Of a stretch of DNA of 64,000 bases, positions 11,670 to 24,429 are shown piece after piece. Origin of the DNA: the human T2T-CHM13v2.0 reference genome, Homo sapiens; NCBI RefSeq assembly GCF_009914755.1, contig NC_060931.1; one strand, 5' to 3'. A program made the position numbers and the translations under genes. The notes beneath the pieces were generated by a model, which was not told the origin of the DNA, did not search any database, and saw only the letters and a list, made by a program, of their open reading frames with translations. Positions within the stretch are counted from its first letter, which is position 1. Each line of letters starts with the position of its first letter.

Positions 11670-14600
11670 TAGGAGGGCGGAGCAAGATGACCAAATAGAA
11701 GCCTCTACCGATTGTCCCTGCTGCAGAAGCACCAAATTTTAACAACTACATACAAAATAGCACTGTCATGAGAACTAAAAACCAGGTGAGCACTCACAGT
11801 ACCTGGTTTTAACTTCATACACCTGAAAGAGGCACTGAAGAGGGTAGAAAAGACAGCCTTGAACTGCCGATGCCAACCCCTCTTCCATCCCCCAGCAGCG
11901 GCCGTGTAGTGTGGAGAGAGAATCTGTGTACTTGGGGGAGGGAGAGCACAACAAATGGGGGACATAGAATTGCACCAATGCTGCCCTGTCACAGCAGACA
12001 GTAAAGCTGTGCTGGGCTCAACCACTGCATGCCCACAGAAGGAGCATGTGGACCAGCCCTAGCCAGAAAGAAATTCCCCATCCCAGTGGTCAAAACTTGA
12101 GCTTCTCAGCAAGCCTCACCACAACGGGCTACAGTGCTCTGGGGTCCTAAGTAAACTTGAAAAGCAGTCTAGGACACAAGAACTGCAATTCCTAGGCAAG
12201 TCCTGCTGCTGGGCTGGGCTTAGAGCCAGTGGACTAGGGCAGCATGTACCAGACACAGTGGCTAAGGGAGAGGTTGCACCACCTCTCCACCAACCCCAGG
12301 CAGCAGAGCTCACAGCAAGGAAAGTGACTCCTTCCTTCTGCTCGAAGAGAGGAAAGTAAAGAGAACTTTGTCTTGCATTTTGGATACCAGCTCAGCCACA
12401 GTACAATAGGGTACTGGGCACAGTCATGAGGGCCCCATTCTAGGCCCTAGCTTCTGGATGACATTTCTAGACACACCCTGGGCCAGAAGGGAACCTGCTA
12501 CCTTGAAGTGGGGGACTCAGTTCTGGGAGGATCCATCACCTACTGACTAAAGAGCCCTTGGGCCCCAAAGATCCAGGAGTGACATATAGCTAGTATGCCA
12601 TGGGCCTTGCTTGGGAAGACTCTGAGACATGCTGGCTTCAGGTCTGATGCAGCATATTCCCAGCTGTGGTGGCTACACTGAAAGACTCCTTCTGCTTGAG
12701 AAAAGCAGAAGGAAAAGTAAAGAGTACTTTGTCTTGCAGCTTAGGTACTAGCTTGGCCACAGTGGGGTAGAGTATCAGGTGGGCTCTTGGGGCCCCCAAA
12801 ACCAGGCCTAGGCTATTGAACAGCATTTCTAGACCTGCCCTGGGACAGAGGGGAGCCCACTACCCTGTAGGGTGAGTCCCAGGCCTGGCAACATTCACTA
12901 CAAGCTGACTGCAGAGCCTCTGGACATTAAGTGACCACTGGCAGTGGCCTGGCAGAACTCCCCATGGGCTGGCAGTGGCAGGAGCAGGGAAGAATAGGAA
13001 GGTCTTTGTCTTATGGTTTGAGGGTCAGTTTAGCTGCAGTAAAACAGAACACCAACTAGATTTCTAAAGTTTCTGACTTCAAACTCTGCCTCCCAGACAG
13101 CATCTCTGGACCTGCCCTGGGTCTGAGGGAACTTTTCACCCTGAAGGTTAGGACACAAACCTGGCTGGCTTCCCCCACTACTAATCGTAGAGCCCTAGGG
13201 CCTTGAGAGAACACAGGCAGTAGCCAAGCAGTGTTTACAGTGGGCTTTGAGTGAGACGTAGTGCCGTGCTGGCCTCAGGTCTCACCCAGCGTAGTCCCAG
13301 TGTTGGTGGCCACAGGAGTGCTTGCATCACCCCAACTCAGCTCTAGGAAGCTCAGCACACAGAGATGCCATTTGTTTGGAGAAAGTAAGGGAAGAAAACA
13401 AGAGTCTCTTCCTGGTAATCCAGAGAATTCTTCTGGATCTTATCTAAACCCACTGAGGCATTCGTCTGCAAGAACCACAGCATTATTGGGCTTGAGGGCC
13501 GAGTTCCTTTGAATATCCGGAAAGCCTTCCCAAGAAAGACAGGCACATACAAGCCCAGACTGTGAAGACTACAATAAATACTTAACTCTTCAATGCCCAG
13601 ACACTGACAAATATCCACAAGCGTCAAGACCATCCAGGAAAACATGACCTCACCAAACAAACTAAATGAGGCACCAGGGACCAATCCTGGAGAAAGAGAA
13701 ATATATAACCTTTCAGACAGAATTCAAAATGGCTGTTTTGAGGAAACTCAAAGAAATTCAAGATAATACAGAGAAGAAATTCAGAATTTTATCAGATAAA
13801 TTTAACAAAGAGATTGAAATAATAAAAAAGAATCAAGCAGAAATTGTAGAGTTGAAAAATGCAACTGACAAACTGAAGAATGCATCAGTCTCTTAATAGC
13901 AGAACTGATCAAGCAGAAGAAAGAACTGGTGAGCTTGAAGACAGGCTGTTTGAAAATACATAGTGGAGACAAAAGAAAAAAGAATCAAAAAGAATGAAGC
14001 ATGCCTACGATAGCTAGAAAATAGCCTAAAAGGAGCAAATCTAAGAGTTATTGGCAGCAAAGAGGAGGCAGAGAAAGAGAGAGAGGTAGGAAATTTATTC
14101 AAAGGGAGAATATTAGAGAACTTCCCAAACCTACAGAAAGATATCAACATTTAAGAACAAGAAGGTTATAGAACACCAAGTAGATTTAACTCAAAGACAA
14201 CTACCTCAAATAATCAAACTCTCAAAGGTCAAGGATAAAGAAAGGATCCCAAAAGCAGCAAGAGAAAAGAAACAAGTAACATCCAATGGCGCTCCAATCC
14301 ACCTGGCAGCAGACTTTTCAGTGGAAACCTTGCAGGCCAGGAGAGAGTGGCATGACATGTATAAAGTGCTGAGGGAAAAACACTTACACCCTAGAATAGT
14401 ATATCTGGTGAAAATATCCTTCAAGCATGAAGGAGAAATAAAGACTTTCCCAGACAAACAAAAGCTGAGGCATTTCATCAACACTAGACTTGTCCTACAA
14501 GAAATGCTAAAGGGAGTTCTTCAATAGGAAAGAAAAGAATGTTAATGAGCCATAAGAAATCACCTGAAGATACACAAACTCACTGGTAATATAAGTAAAC

Positions 14601-16842
14601 ACAGAAAAACACAGAATATTATAACACTGTAATTATGGTGTGTAAACTACTCTTATCGTAAGTAGAAAGATTAAATGACGAACCAATCAAAAATAATAAC
14701 TACAACAACTTTTCAAGACATAGACAGTACAGTAAGACATAAAAAGAAACAACAAAAAGTTTAAAAGTGTGGGGACGAAGTTAAAGTGTAGAGTCTGTAT
14801 TAGTTTTATTTTTGCTTGTTTGTTTTTGCAATGTGTTAAGTTGCCCTCAGTTTAAAATATGGGTTATAGGATAGTATTTGCATGCCTCATGATAACATCA
14901 AATTGAAGAACATACAATGGATACTCAAAAAATAAAAAGCAAGAAATTAAATCCTACAACCAGAGAAAATAACTTTCACTAAAAGGAAGACAGGAAGGAA
15001 AGAAGAGAAGACTATACAAAACAACCAGAAAAGAAGTAACAAAATGGCAGGAGGAAGTCCTTACTTATCAATAATAACACTGATCGTAAATGAACTAAAC
15101 TCTCCAATCAAAAGACATAGTGATTCAATGGATAAAAAAGCAAAACCCAATTATCTGTTGCCTAAAAGAAATACACGTTACCTATACAGATACGAATAGA
15201 TTGAAAATAAAGGCATAGAAAAAGATATTCCATGCTAATGCAAACAAGAAAAGTACAGGAGTAGCTATACTTATATCAGACAAAATAGATTTCAAGACAA
15301 GAAATGTAAGAAGAGACACAGAAGGTCACTACATGATGATAAAGGGGTCAATTCTGCAAAAAGGTATAACAATTGTAAAGATATATGCACCAATGGAGCA
15401 TCCAGATATATAAAGCAAATATTATTAAAGCTAAAGAGAAAGACCTCAATACAATAACAGCTAGAGACTTCAACACCCCACTTTCAGCATTGGATAGATC
15501 TTCCAATAACAGAAAATCAAAAAGAAACATCAAACTTAATCTGTACTGTACAACAAATGGACCTAATAGATATTTACAGAACATTTCATCTAATGGATAT
15601 CAGAATAAACATCCTTCTCCTCAGCACAAGGATCATTCTCAAGGACAGACCATATGTTAGGTCACAACAGAAGTCTTAAAACATTCAAAAAATTGAAATA
15701 ATGTCAAGTATCTTCTCTGGCCATAATGGAATAAAACAAAAAATCAACAAGAGGAATTTTCAAAACTATACAAACACATGGAAATTAAACAAAATGCTCC
15801 TGAATCACCAGTGGGTCAATGAAGAAATTAAGGGGTAAATTGAAAACTTTATTGAAACAAATGATAATGGAAGCACAACATACCAAAACCTACAGGATGC
15901 AGCAAAAGCAGTACTAAGAGGGAAGTTTATAGCTACAGGTGTCTATATAAAAAAAGAGAAAAAACTTCAAATAATCTAATGATGCATCTTAAAGAATTAG
16001 AAAAGCAAGATTAAACCAAACCCAAAATTAATAAAAGAAATAATAAAGATCAAAGCAGAAATAAATAAAATTGAAATGAGGAATACAAAAGATCAATGAA
16101 ACAAAAAGTTGTTTTGAAAAGTTGACAAAACTTTAGCCAGACCAAGAAAAAAAAGAGAAGATCCAAATAAAATCAGAGATGAAAAAGAAGACATTACAAC
16201 TGACATCACAGAAATTCAAAGGATGGTTAGTAGTTACTGTGAGTAATTACATGTCAATACACTGGAAAATCTAGAAAAAAATGGACAAATTTCTAGACAC
16301 ATACAACCTACCAAGATTGAACCACGAAGAAATCTAAAACCTAAACAGACCATTAATAAGTAACGAGATCAAACCTGTAATAAAAAGTTTCCCAATAAAG
16401 AAAACCTCAGGACCTGGTGGCTTCACTGCTGAAGTCTACCAAACATTTAAAAAAGAACTAATACCAATCCTATTCAAACTACTCTGAAAAACAGAGGAGG
16501 AGGAAATACTTCCAAACTCTTGTTAAGGGGCCAGTAATACCCTGATACCAAGACACATCAAAGAAAGCAAACTACAGACCAACATCTCTGATGAATATTG
16601 ATGCAAAAGTCCTCAACAAAATACTAGCAAACCGAATTCAACAACACATTAAAAAGATCATTCATGATGAAGTGGGATTTATCCGAGATGCAAGGGTGGT
16701 TCAACATATTCAAATCAACCAATGTGATACATCATATCAATGGAATGAAGGACAAAAACCATATGATCATTTCATTTGATACTGAAAAGCATTTGATAAA
16801 ATTCAACATCCCTTCATGATACAAACCTTTAGAAAATTGGTA
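11670..16842 (+). mobile_element. LINE-1 (L1MA/L1PB-age): 5'UTR, decayed ORF1 and 5' half of ORF2; 3'-truncated
   Basis: Starts GGAGGGCGGAGCAAGATG. ORF1 remnants (METLQARREWHD…, EFKMAVLRKLKEIQ), endonuclease remnant (DFNTPLSALDRSS), RT remnant ([25 protein letters not shown]); many stops and frameshifts. Confidence 0.93.
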
Positions 16843-17837
16843 CCTTGGATGGAGCGAAAAGATGTGGCAATCAAACCATTATATAAACAGGATTTCCAAT
16901 CAATTCTCTTATGAAGTAGCTCACTCTACTTCGTCTGGTGGTGCCACTTTTTGGGACTTTTGGGGATTCTGGGGTATAAATTTATAAATCAAGCACAAAT
17001 GACTTACGATTTAGCTTCCTTGGGTCTGTGAAACTGGTTACTTAAGTCCGCTAAATTTTCTCAGGTCTTCTAAATTCCAAAATTTTATTGTGATTTTCTC
17101 CTCTCAACTTCTCATCTTTTTAGGTTTATGCCTCTCTGAACCTCAGTGTTTTCATCCGTAAAAGGGGGTGTATCTATTAGGACACTATATACTGAATCAG
17201 AAAACTAAACTCAAAGTAGCTTAAAAATGAGGAAATAATTTCATATAATGAGAAGTTTAGACACAGAGCAAACTTCAAAGAGGATTTTCCAGCAGCTCAA
17301 CAGTGACATCAAGGGACTAAAAGTACTGCCATCCTCAAGTTGACAGGAAGACTGGTGCTCTTTCTCTTTTTATGTAACTCTGTAATTTCTGCTCATTATA
17401 TTTGTTCTTTATTTCTTCATTTTCTTCTTTCCCAGCTAGTGAAACTTTAGTTTATCCTTTTTGCCCATGTTAATTTGGCAGTTCAATGGTTACTTTCACA
17501 TTTTTAATACTCATACTTAGATATACTTTTCATTATAATATCAGCATCACACAGTCCTAGCCCTACAGGGATGCTTTTCTGAGTAACTTACCCCACACCA
17601 AAGTGAAGCTCTCACAACGCTTTAATCATTCTCTCACTGCTGCCCACCCATGCCCCCAACTCCTGGATCTTGCTGCGACAGTTTTAACAATATTTAGTTC
17701 AAGACTGTTACCAAATGTTTCTTTCAATATGGAAGTTAGAATAGTGCTTGGCACAAATTAGGTGCTCAATATACAGATATAAAACGAACAAATGAGGGAA
17801 TGCATAACAGATGAATGACATCTTTGGGAATATATGA

Positions 17838-17967
17838 ATTTTTTTTTTAAGAGACAGGGTCTCACTTTATATTACTGCCCAGGCTGGACTCGAACTTCTG
17901 GGCTCGAGCGTATACTCCCACCTCCCGAGTAGCTGGGACTACAGGTGCGTGCCGCCACACTCAGCTG
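17838..17967 (-). mobile_element. Alu monomer (FLAM-like)
   Basis: Single Alu arm with polyT. Confidence 0.8.
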
Positions 17968-18451
17968 AGTTTTCAACTGCAGTCTTTATTCCTCCCTTAC
18001 AACTATGGGTACTATTCAGCAACCAGTAGCAGGTTGCAAATGGGAAGCTTGATGTTGATCTCTCTCTTCTTTGTCTGGAATTTTTCTATGTGAAAGTTTG
18101 TAAGGGCTTTTTTTTTTTTCCATTGTTCTTGGAATTCAGGAATCTTACAAACTAAATCCAAATCTTTTTGATTTTCTATTGAATAATCTTGCCTAGGAGT
18201 GTGTGGCCTTTTAACCTGAACTCAAGTCTTTCTTAAGCTCATTGATATTTTCTTCTATTTTTTATTTACCTACTTTTCCTACTTGTTCTTTTCTCTCCTT
18301 TTAGATGCCTATTATTTACATTCAGTATCTTAGCTCTGCACTTCATGTCTATTTTTCATTAATACTTTCCTTCTTTTTGTACTTTTGGTGTGTGACACAA
18401 AATAGTTCTTCCCCTTGATTCTGCAAGATGATTAATTCAATTTTTGAAGGA

Positions 18452-18910
18452 CTATATTAGTATGCTATTGCTGCTGCTGCTGCTACAAATTATCATAAGG
18501 TTTCTGGCTTAAAACAACATAAATTTATTGTCTTACAGCTCTGGAAGTGAGAAGTCCTAAAATCAAAGTGTTAGCAGGACTATAATCCTTCTGGAGACTC
18601 TAGGGGAGAAATCATTTCCTTGTCTTTTCTAGCCCTTGAGGGCCACCTGCATTCTTTGGCTCATGGTCCCTTCCTTGAGTCACTCCGACCTCTTCTTCCG
18701 TTACCAATGTCTCCTTCTCTGACCATCTCAGCCTTCACTTATACCAACTCTTGTGAGTACAGTGGGCCCACTACATAATCCAGAATAATCTCAAGATCCT
18801 TTACTTCATCCCATATGCAAAGTCACCTTTGCCATGTAAGGTAACATATTCACAAGGTCTGGGGATTAGGACTTGGACATCTTTAGGAAACCATTATTCT
18901 GACTACCACA
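18452..18910 (-). mobile_element. MLT1 (MLT1C/D-like) MaLR LTR
   Basis: ggcttaaaacaacataaatttattgtcttacagctctggaag...ggggattaggacttggacatcttt...taccaca. Confidence 0.85.
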
Positions 18911-21900
18911 AAGACTATTTCTTTTTTTGTTTGTCTATTAAGCTTTTTATTTTTTTCAAGTTCTCAGCATCAGTCTTTTTCTGTTCTAATGACATTTCCT
19001 TGGACATTCTTACTACTTTTGAGGATTAGGTATGAATTCTTATTTGTCTCTCCCATTAATTGTTAACTCAAGTGGGAACCACTTGTTCTAGATATCTATC
19101 TTGGTCTTCTTCACTGAACCTTAAACAACTGGTAATTTTTCTCTATCCACCTCTGTTGTTCCCTTCATCTCTAATCAGGTCAGACACTCCCTCAAACAGT
19201 GACAAACCAGCTAAAAGGTACAGCAATTCAATTATGTTCCTAGGGGCTAGGGACCAACTGGCCAGAAAAACTGATTTAGGAGGAGGAAACCTCGCTGGGT
19301 CTCTCTAGGTGCAAAGAGTGGTCCTTTCTCAAAGGGAGAGACTGAAAGGAGGATTCAGAACAACAACGCAAGGCCAGCAAGATCAGACAAACCTTTGCAA
19401 CACAGGGGCAAATGCAATCTCACTAAGGGAATTCAGAGGCCTCTTTTTCTAAGCCCCTTTGGGGAATCACAAAATTCCAGTCTTATCCCAGGTTTCTAGG
19501 AGAAGTAAATCCCATTCCCTTTGCAGCTCCTTGCTCACTTCTGCCCATCACTGAAGAGACAGCAATCGAATACCCTCTCTTTCAAAGAACCTGAGATCTC
19601 AAATCCACTGAAACGTTTTATAGTGTTTTCAGAGTTCATGAGTTTTATCACTTTACTTGTTAATATATAATTGATATATTTATGAGAGGAGGGATAAAGC
19701 TAGTACAGAAATATTCAGGTAATGTGACACAAGCTACTATACTTTGATTACAAAGTTAGTTTTGAGTTTCTGGCAGCCACAGCAAAGGGGGAAGCAATTA
19801 AGTTACATAACGAATGAGTATTTCCATATAATGTGATTTACAGAAAGACAGCACAGCTCTGTAAGGTTTTCAGGTGTCTTTGAATCAAAGTTTAAACTAC
19901 ATAATAGTCTTAGTAATAAATATATTTTACTTTTATCTCCATTCTTTATCAATTAAACTGTGTATCTGTAATTAATGCTCATTTAACTTGTATATCTCAT
20001 TGACTGGAAATACAATTCCAAACTACATTCATTCCCCATTCATGCAAAGATTTATTATTCTGGTAACCAGCTGAAGGGTAGAAAAAATAAGCTCATGAGT
20101 ATTTAGAATTTCAAAAGAGAATGGACATCAGAATAGAAAGTATTCCTGATGCCAATTTGAAATTAAGTGAAAAGACAAAAATGCCTACTTTGTGGGTATG
20201 TTTACAGAGCTCAATACAAATGTCTAGACCACTCAATGTATGATTCTTCAAAGGAAAATAACTAAAATGGCATTTCTGAAATGCTGTGCTTCTATTTGCA
20301 GGTGATATAACACTAGGCACACAATAGGTAATTAATAAATACTGACTGACTTGCATATAAAAATCAAAACTACATTCTTGTTGTCCTCAAATAAATCATA
20401 CTTTTATTAAATGACTAGATTCATCTGAGATGACACATTATTCAAGGACAAGACCACTCTTTATTATAATAGAGCAATACCTAAGGGAGAAATGTAAGCT
20501 TTTTTGAGTAAATATTTCATTATAAATGACCAGAAGGAAACAATGACTATCGTAAGAAATTATGACATACTGCAAACAAATACTGAGGCATTATGTGGAT
20601 TTAAGTTATACCAAAAATTTAAAATATCCCGAGGAACTGCATTATCATTACTTTATTTCCAAATGAATCTAAAATGTCCAGTGTCAGCATTGTCTAGTCA
20701 ATAAGTCAAACTGGTAGACAAAACCTGTTTAGACAAGTCACAAGAAATAAAAAGGGATTCTCCAAGAAAACCACAAAGCAGCTCATTTAAGGTCAATTTA
20801 ATGGTATTATTCTGTTTTTCTTCCAGCCCCAACATAAGATTTCACTACCTCAAAGGAAATTGTAAGAGTATCTATTTGCATTCCCCTTAGGTGATTGGCA
20901 GTTCAACACCAATTAGTTCAAAATTACACTGTTAACTAACATGCAATAAAAACAACACCTTTCATCTTTCTTACATAGGTAAGAATAACTTCAGAGCCAA
21001 TAACTTTGATCAAGTAAGTATTTTTGATCCTGCCCCACCCGTCTCTTTGGATTCAGGAAAACTAATAGCTGAAGGCAACTTTTCCCAGCTTTATTCTTAA
21101 GCTGAAAAACTAGTGTGGTATTAAAAATATTTTGCTTCCAAGATAACAGAATTTCCCAAAGTCCAGTATTTATTCAATAACTAAGCTGTCCTTACAACTT
21201 TCTTAATATATAAGACAGCCTTCATATATAAAAGGAGAGGTACTAAGTATTTAACTTAAAATATAAAATGTATTTTTAAAAACAAATACAAATTTCCAAT
21301 TAGATCTGCAAGCCCTTCAAATAATTGATGAAATACAATTATCTCCCTAAACAATTCAGTGTCCTAAACTTAGTCTCATAATGAGTACTATTTGGAAGTA
21401 GATACCTCTAACATAAACAGATTGATGTTACATTTAACTTTTAATTTACCATATAACCAAAAAAAAGTTTGATTAGAAAATATTATCCAAGAAGCTCTTT
21501 AAAAATTTGATTATACTTATTACTTTAAATTTGACCAAAGTGATCTCTATCACAAAGAATGTGAGGTCACTCAAATACTATAAATTATTTCTAATCACTT
21601 AGGCAAACAACTTTGTTGTTAAAGCCCAAATCTCCTAATAATTCACAGAGCAAACAGTTTCCATCTCTCTAAGCAAACACTACTTACTGTACACCACAGA
21701 GCCAATGCTGATTAGGCAAACTCCAGAAAGCATTTGAAAACTGAAGCCAGGACATTCAAATCTCTAATGTATCTATTTCAGCATGAACTAACACTGTTAC
21801 TATCTACAAAGGAGAGAGTCAGCCCATATACTCGAAAACTCTGTATCTATGTCTATTCCACTTGCAATGCTAATAATTATTAAAATAATAGTTTCTTTTT

Positions 21901-22254
21901 ACTTCTGACATATCCACAAAAATATGGCTATTGACCTAGTAATGTGAGACTTTTGAGATCCAACAAAACTGTGAAAATGCAAATATGCTTTCATTACTAA
22001 TGACTACAAGATAGAAATTGTTAAACAATCAACTTTAGGAACATTATATAATGCTAGGTACAATTAAAACAATGGTTTGGCTTTTTTCTACTTTAGATAT
22101 AAGCTACTAGATCTAAACTAGATAAGATGTTAAGATAATTTTTAAACTTTTATGTTTATATAAGTTACTATTGGGAATACCATCACCTATCTAAGTTGTA
22201 GTTGAGAAAGTAGCTCGGGTATATTAAATTCATCTTCTACTACACAAATTTGGA

Positions 22255-22552
22255 TTTTTTTTTCTTTATTGAGGCGGAGTCTTGCTCTGTTGCCCAGGCT
22301 GTAGTGCACTGGCATGATCTCGGCTCATTGCGACCTCTGCTGCCCAGGTTCAAGTGATTCTCCTGCCTCAGCCTCCCGAGTAGCTGGGATTACATGCGCA
22401 TGCCACCACGCCCAGCTAATTTTTGTATTTTTAGTAGAGACGGTGTTTCACCATGTTGGCCAGGCTGGTCTTGAACTCCTTACCTCAGGTGATCTGCCCA
22501 CCTCAGCCTCCCAAAGTGTTGGGATTACAGGCGTGAGCCACTGCACCCAGCC
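22255..22552 (-). mobile_element. Alu (AluSx/Sz) with TSD AATTTGGAT
   Basis: Full dimer with flanking direct repeat. Confidence 0.95.
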
Positions 22553-23430
22553 AATTTGGATCATTTTTATAGAATAACTCTCTCTATATATATATTTCAT
22601 AAAATATATGATATTTAACTCATTCTATAGTTCATTATTCCTAAGCATTCCTCATTTACTGATTTTATATTAGCATATATCTCTGGCAGTCACCTCATTT
22701 CATCTTGCAAACAAATAATTTCTATGGGCCACATTTTATTGTCATAAATTGTGAATAACGGCCCAAGAAGCTGAATAAATTATAACAAGGAATTTCTGAC
22801 CATTTCAGATCCTTGGACACAAATGTTTTTTGATTATATTTGATCACTTTCACGCTAATACCAGACATTTCTCAAAGTGGCCCAGAGTCTGATAAATTCA
22901 AAATATTCTCCCTTCAGTGATGTAACTAACAGCAAATAGTATTTGTAGGATTGTCATTGCCAGAACCTAGAAGAATGCCTAGAGAAAGCCAAGATGAAAG
23001 TAATTTAGAGGACAGAAGAGAATCTGGCATGAGCTTCCATATATCATTAAGTGTGTTATATGAAAGAATGTAATGACCAAATTAGCAAATCACCTTGCCA
23101 ATGATAACTGAAAATGTCTCTGACAGACTACTACTCTGAGATAGTCTAAAGAAGCAACTGCTCTAAAAAAGCAACCATAAATGCCACCCTAAACCTTGGC
23201 ACCTTCATAAAATTCCCTGGCAAATTCAACTTGGTTATAAACAGCAAAATTCAAGGACTGATGATGACACTAAGTGCTTCTGACAGGTCACAAGTTCTAC
23301 AAAAAGCTTGTATAAGACATGTCTTGTTTTTTTTCAATCCCTTTATTTTTATTTTTTAGGATAAAAAGGTATTCCAATCTGACACCCAGCAAAAATGAAA
23401 CAACAATATAATCTGTGCTTTTAAGAATAA

Positions 23431-23746
<316 letters not shown>

Positions 23747-24044
23747 AAAAGATGAGAATCAAGCAGGAAAGTAACTGCCATAAGAAATGATACACTAACT
23801 TTTTATCATGAAGATGAAAATCGTATCTAAAGAAACTGAGTTGAATTATTAAGTTCAAAGACTATGATATTTTAAAATAAATTAAAAGAACTCCGGAGGT
23901 TTTGAACTTAAACAACAAAAAATAATTTCTCTTCATTATGGTACTACTTCCAAAGTTACCCAGTACACCCATAGGCTATACACACACAAAAGCTGATTAT
24001 TTCAATTAATGCCGTTGCATTACTTAAACATTTAAACATGTTAA

Positions 24045-24084
24045 GTGTGCGTGTGTGTGTGTACGTGTGTGTGTGTGTGTGTGT
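24045..24084. repeat. (TG)n microsatellite
   Basis: Visible interrupted TG run. Confidence 0.95.
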
Positions 24085-24429
24085 ATCCTCTTAATGCTAG
24101 GAAGGAATTACAAAAGATTTTCTACCACAATTAATGTAATGGGACTTTCTGTTGGGCTACTCTTTAGGAGTCTTGGAGTAGAAATGGTTCTTGATTACTC
24201 ATATTCCATGGCCATAACAGTAAGGGGAAAACTGCCTTATTTCGGCCTCTTCACTAACACTCCAGTGCACGTGGTCTTCCTGCCTCTCAACGTTGGTGTG
24301 TCCTTGGCAGTCTCCACTATGGGCCTTCCTAAGAAATCTCTCCAAGTGATTCTGTCCGGTCTTGTCACCAAATTTTACTTCCTCTTCCTTTTTCACTTCT
24401 ATGGTAAAATGACAACTCTCCATCATGTG

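Noticed and set aside
13666-16779. L1 ORF1/ORF2 as active coding sequences
   Set aside because: Fragmented by stops and frameshifts; the element is truncated.
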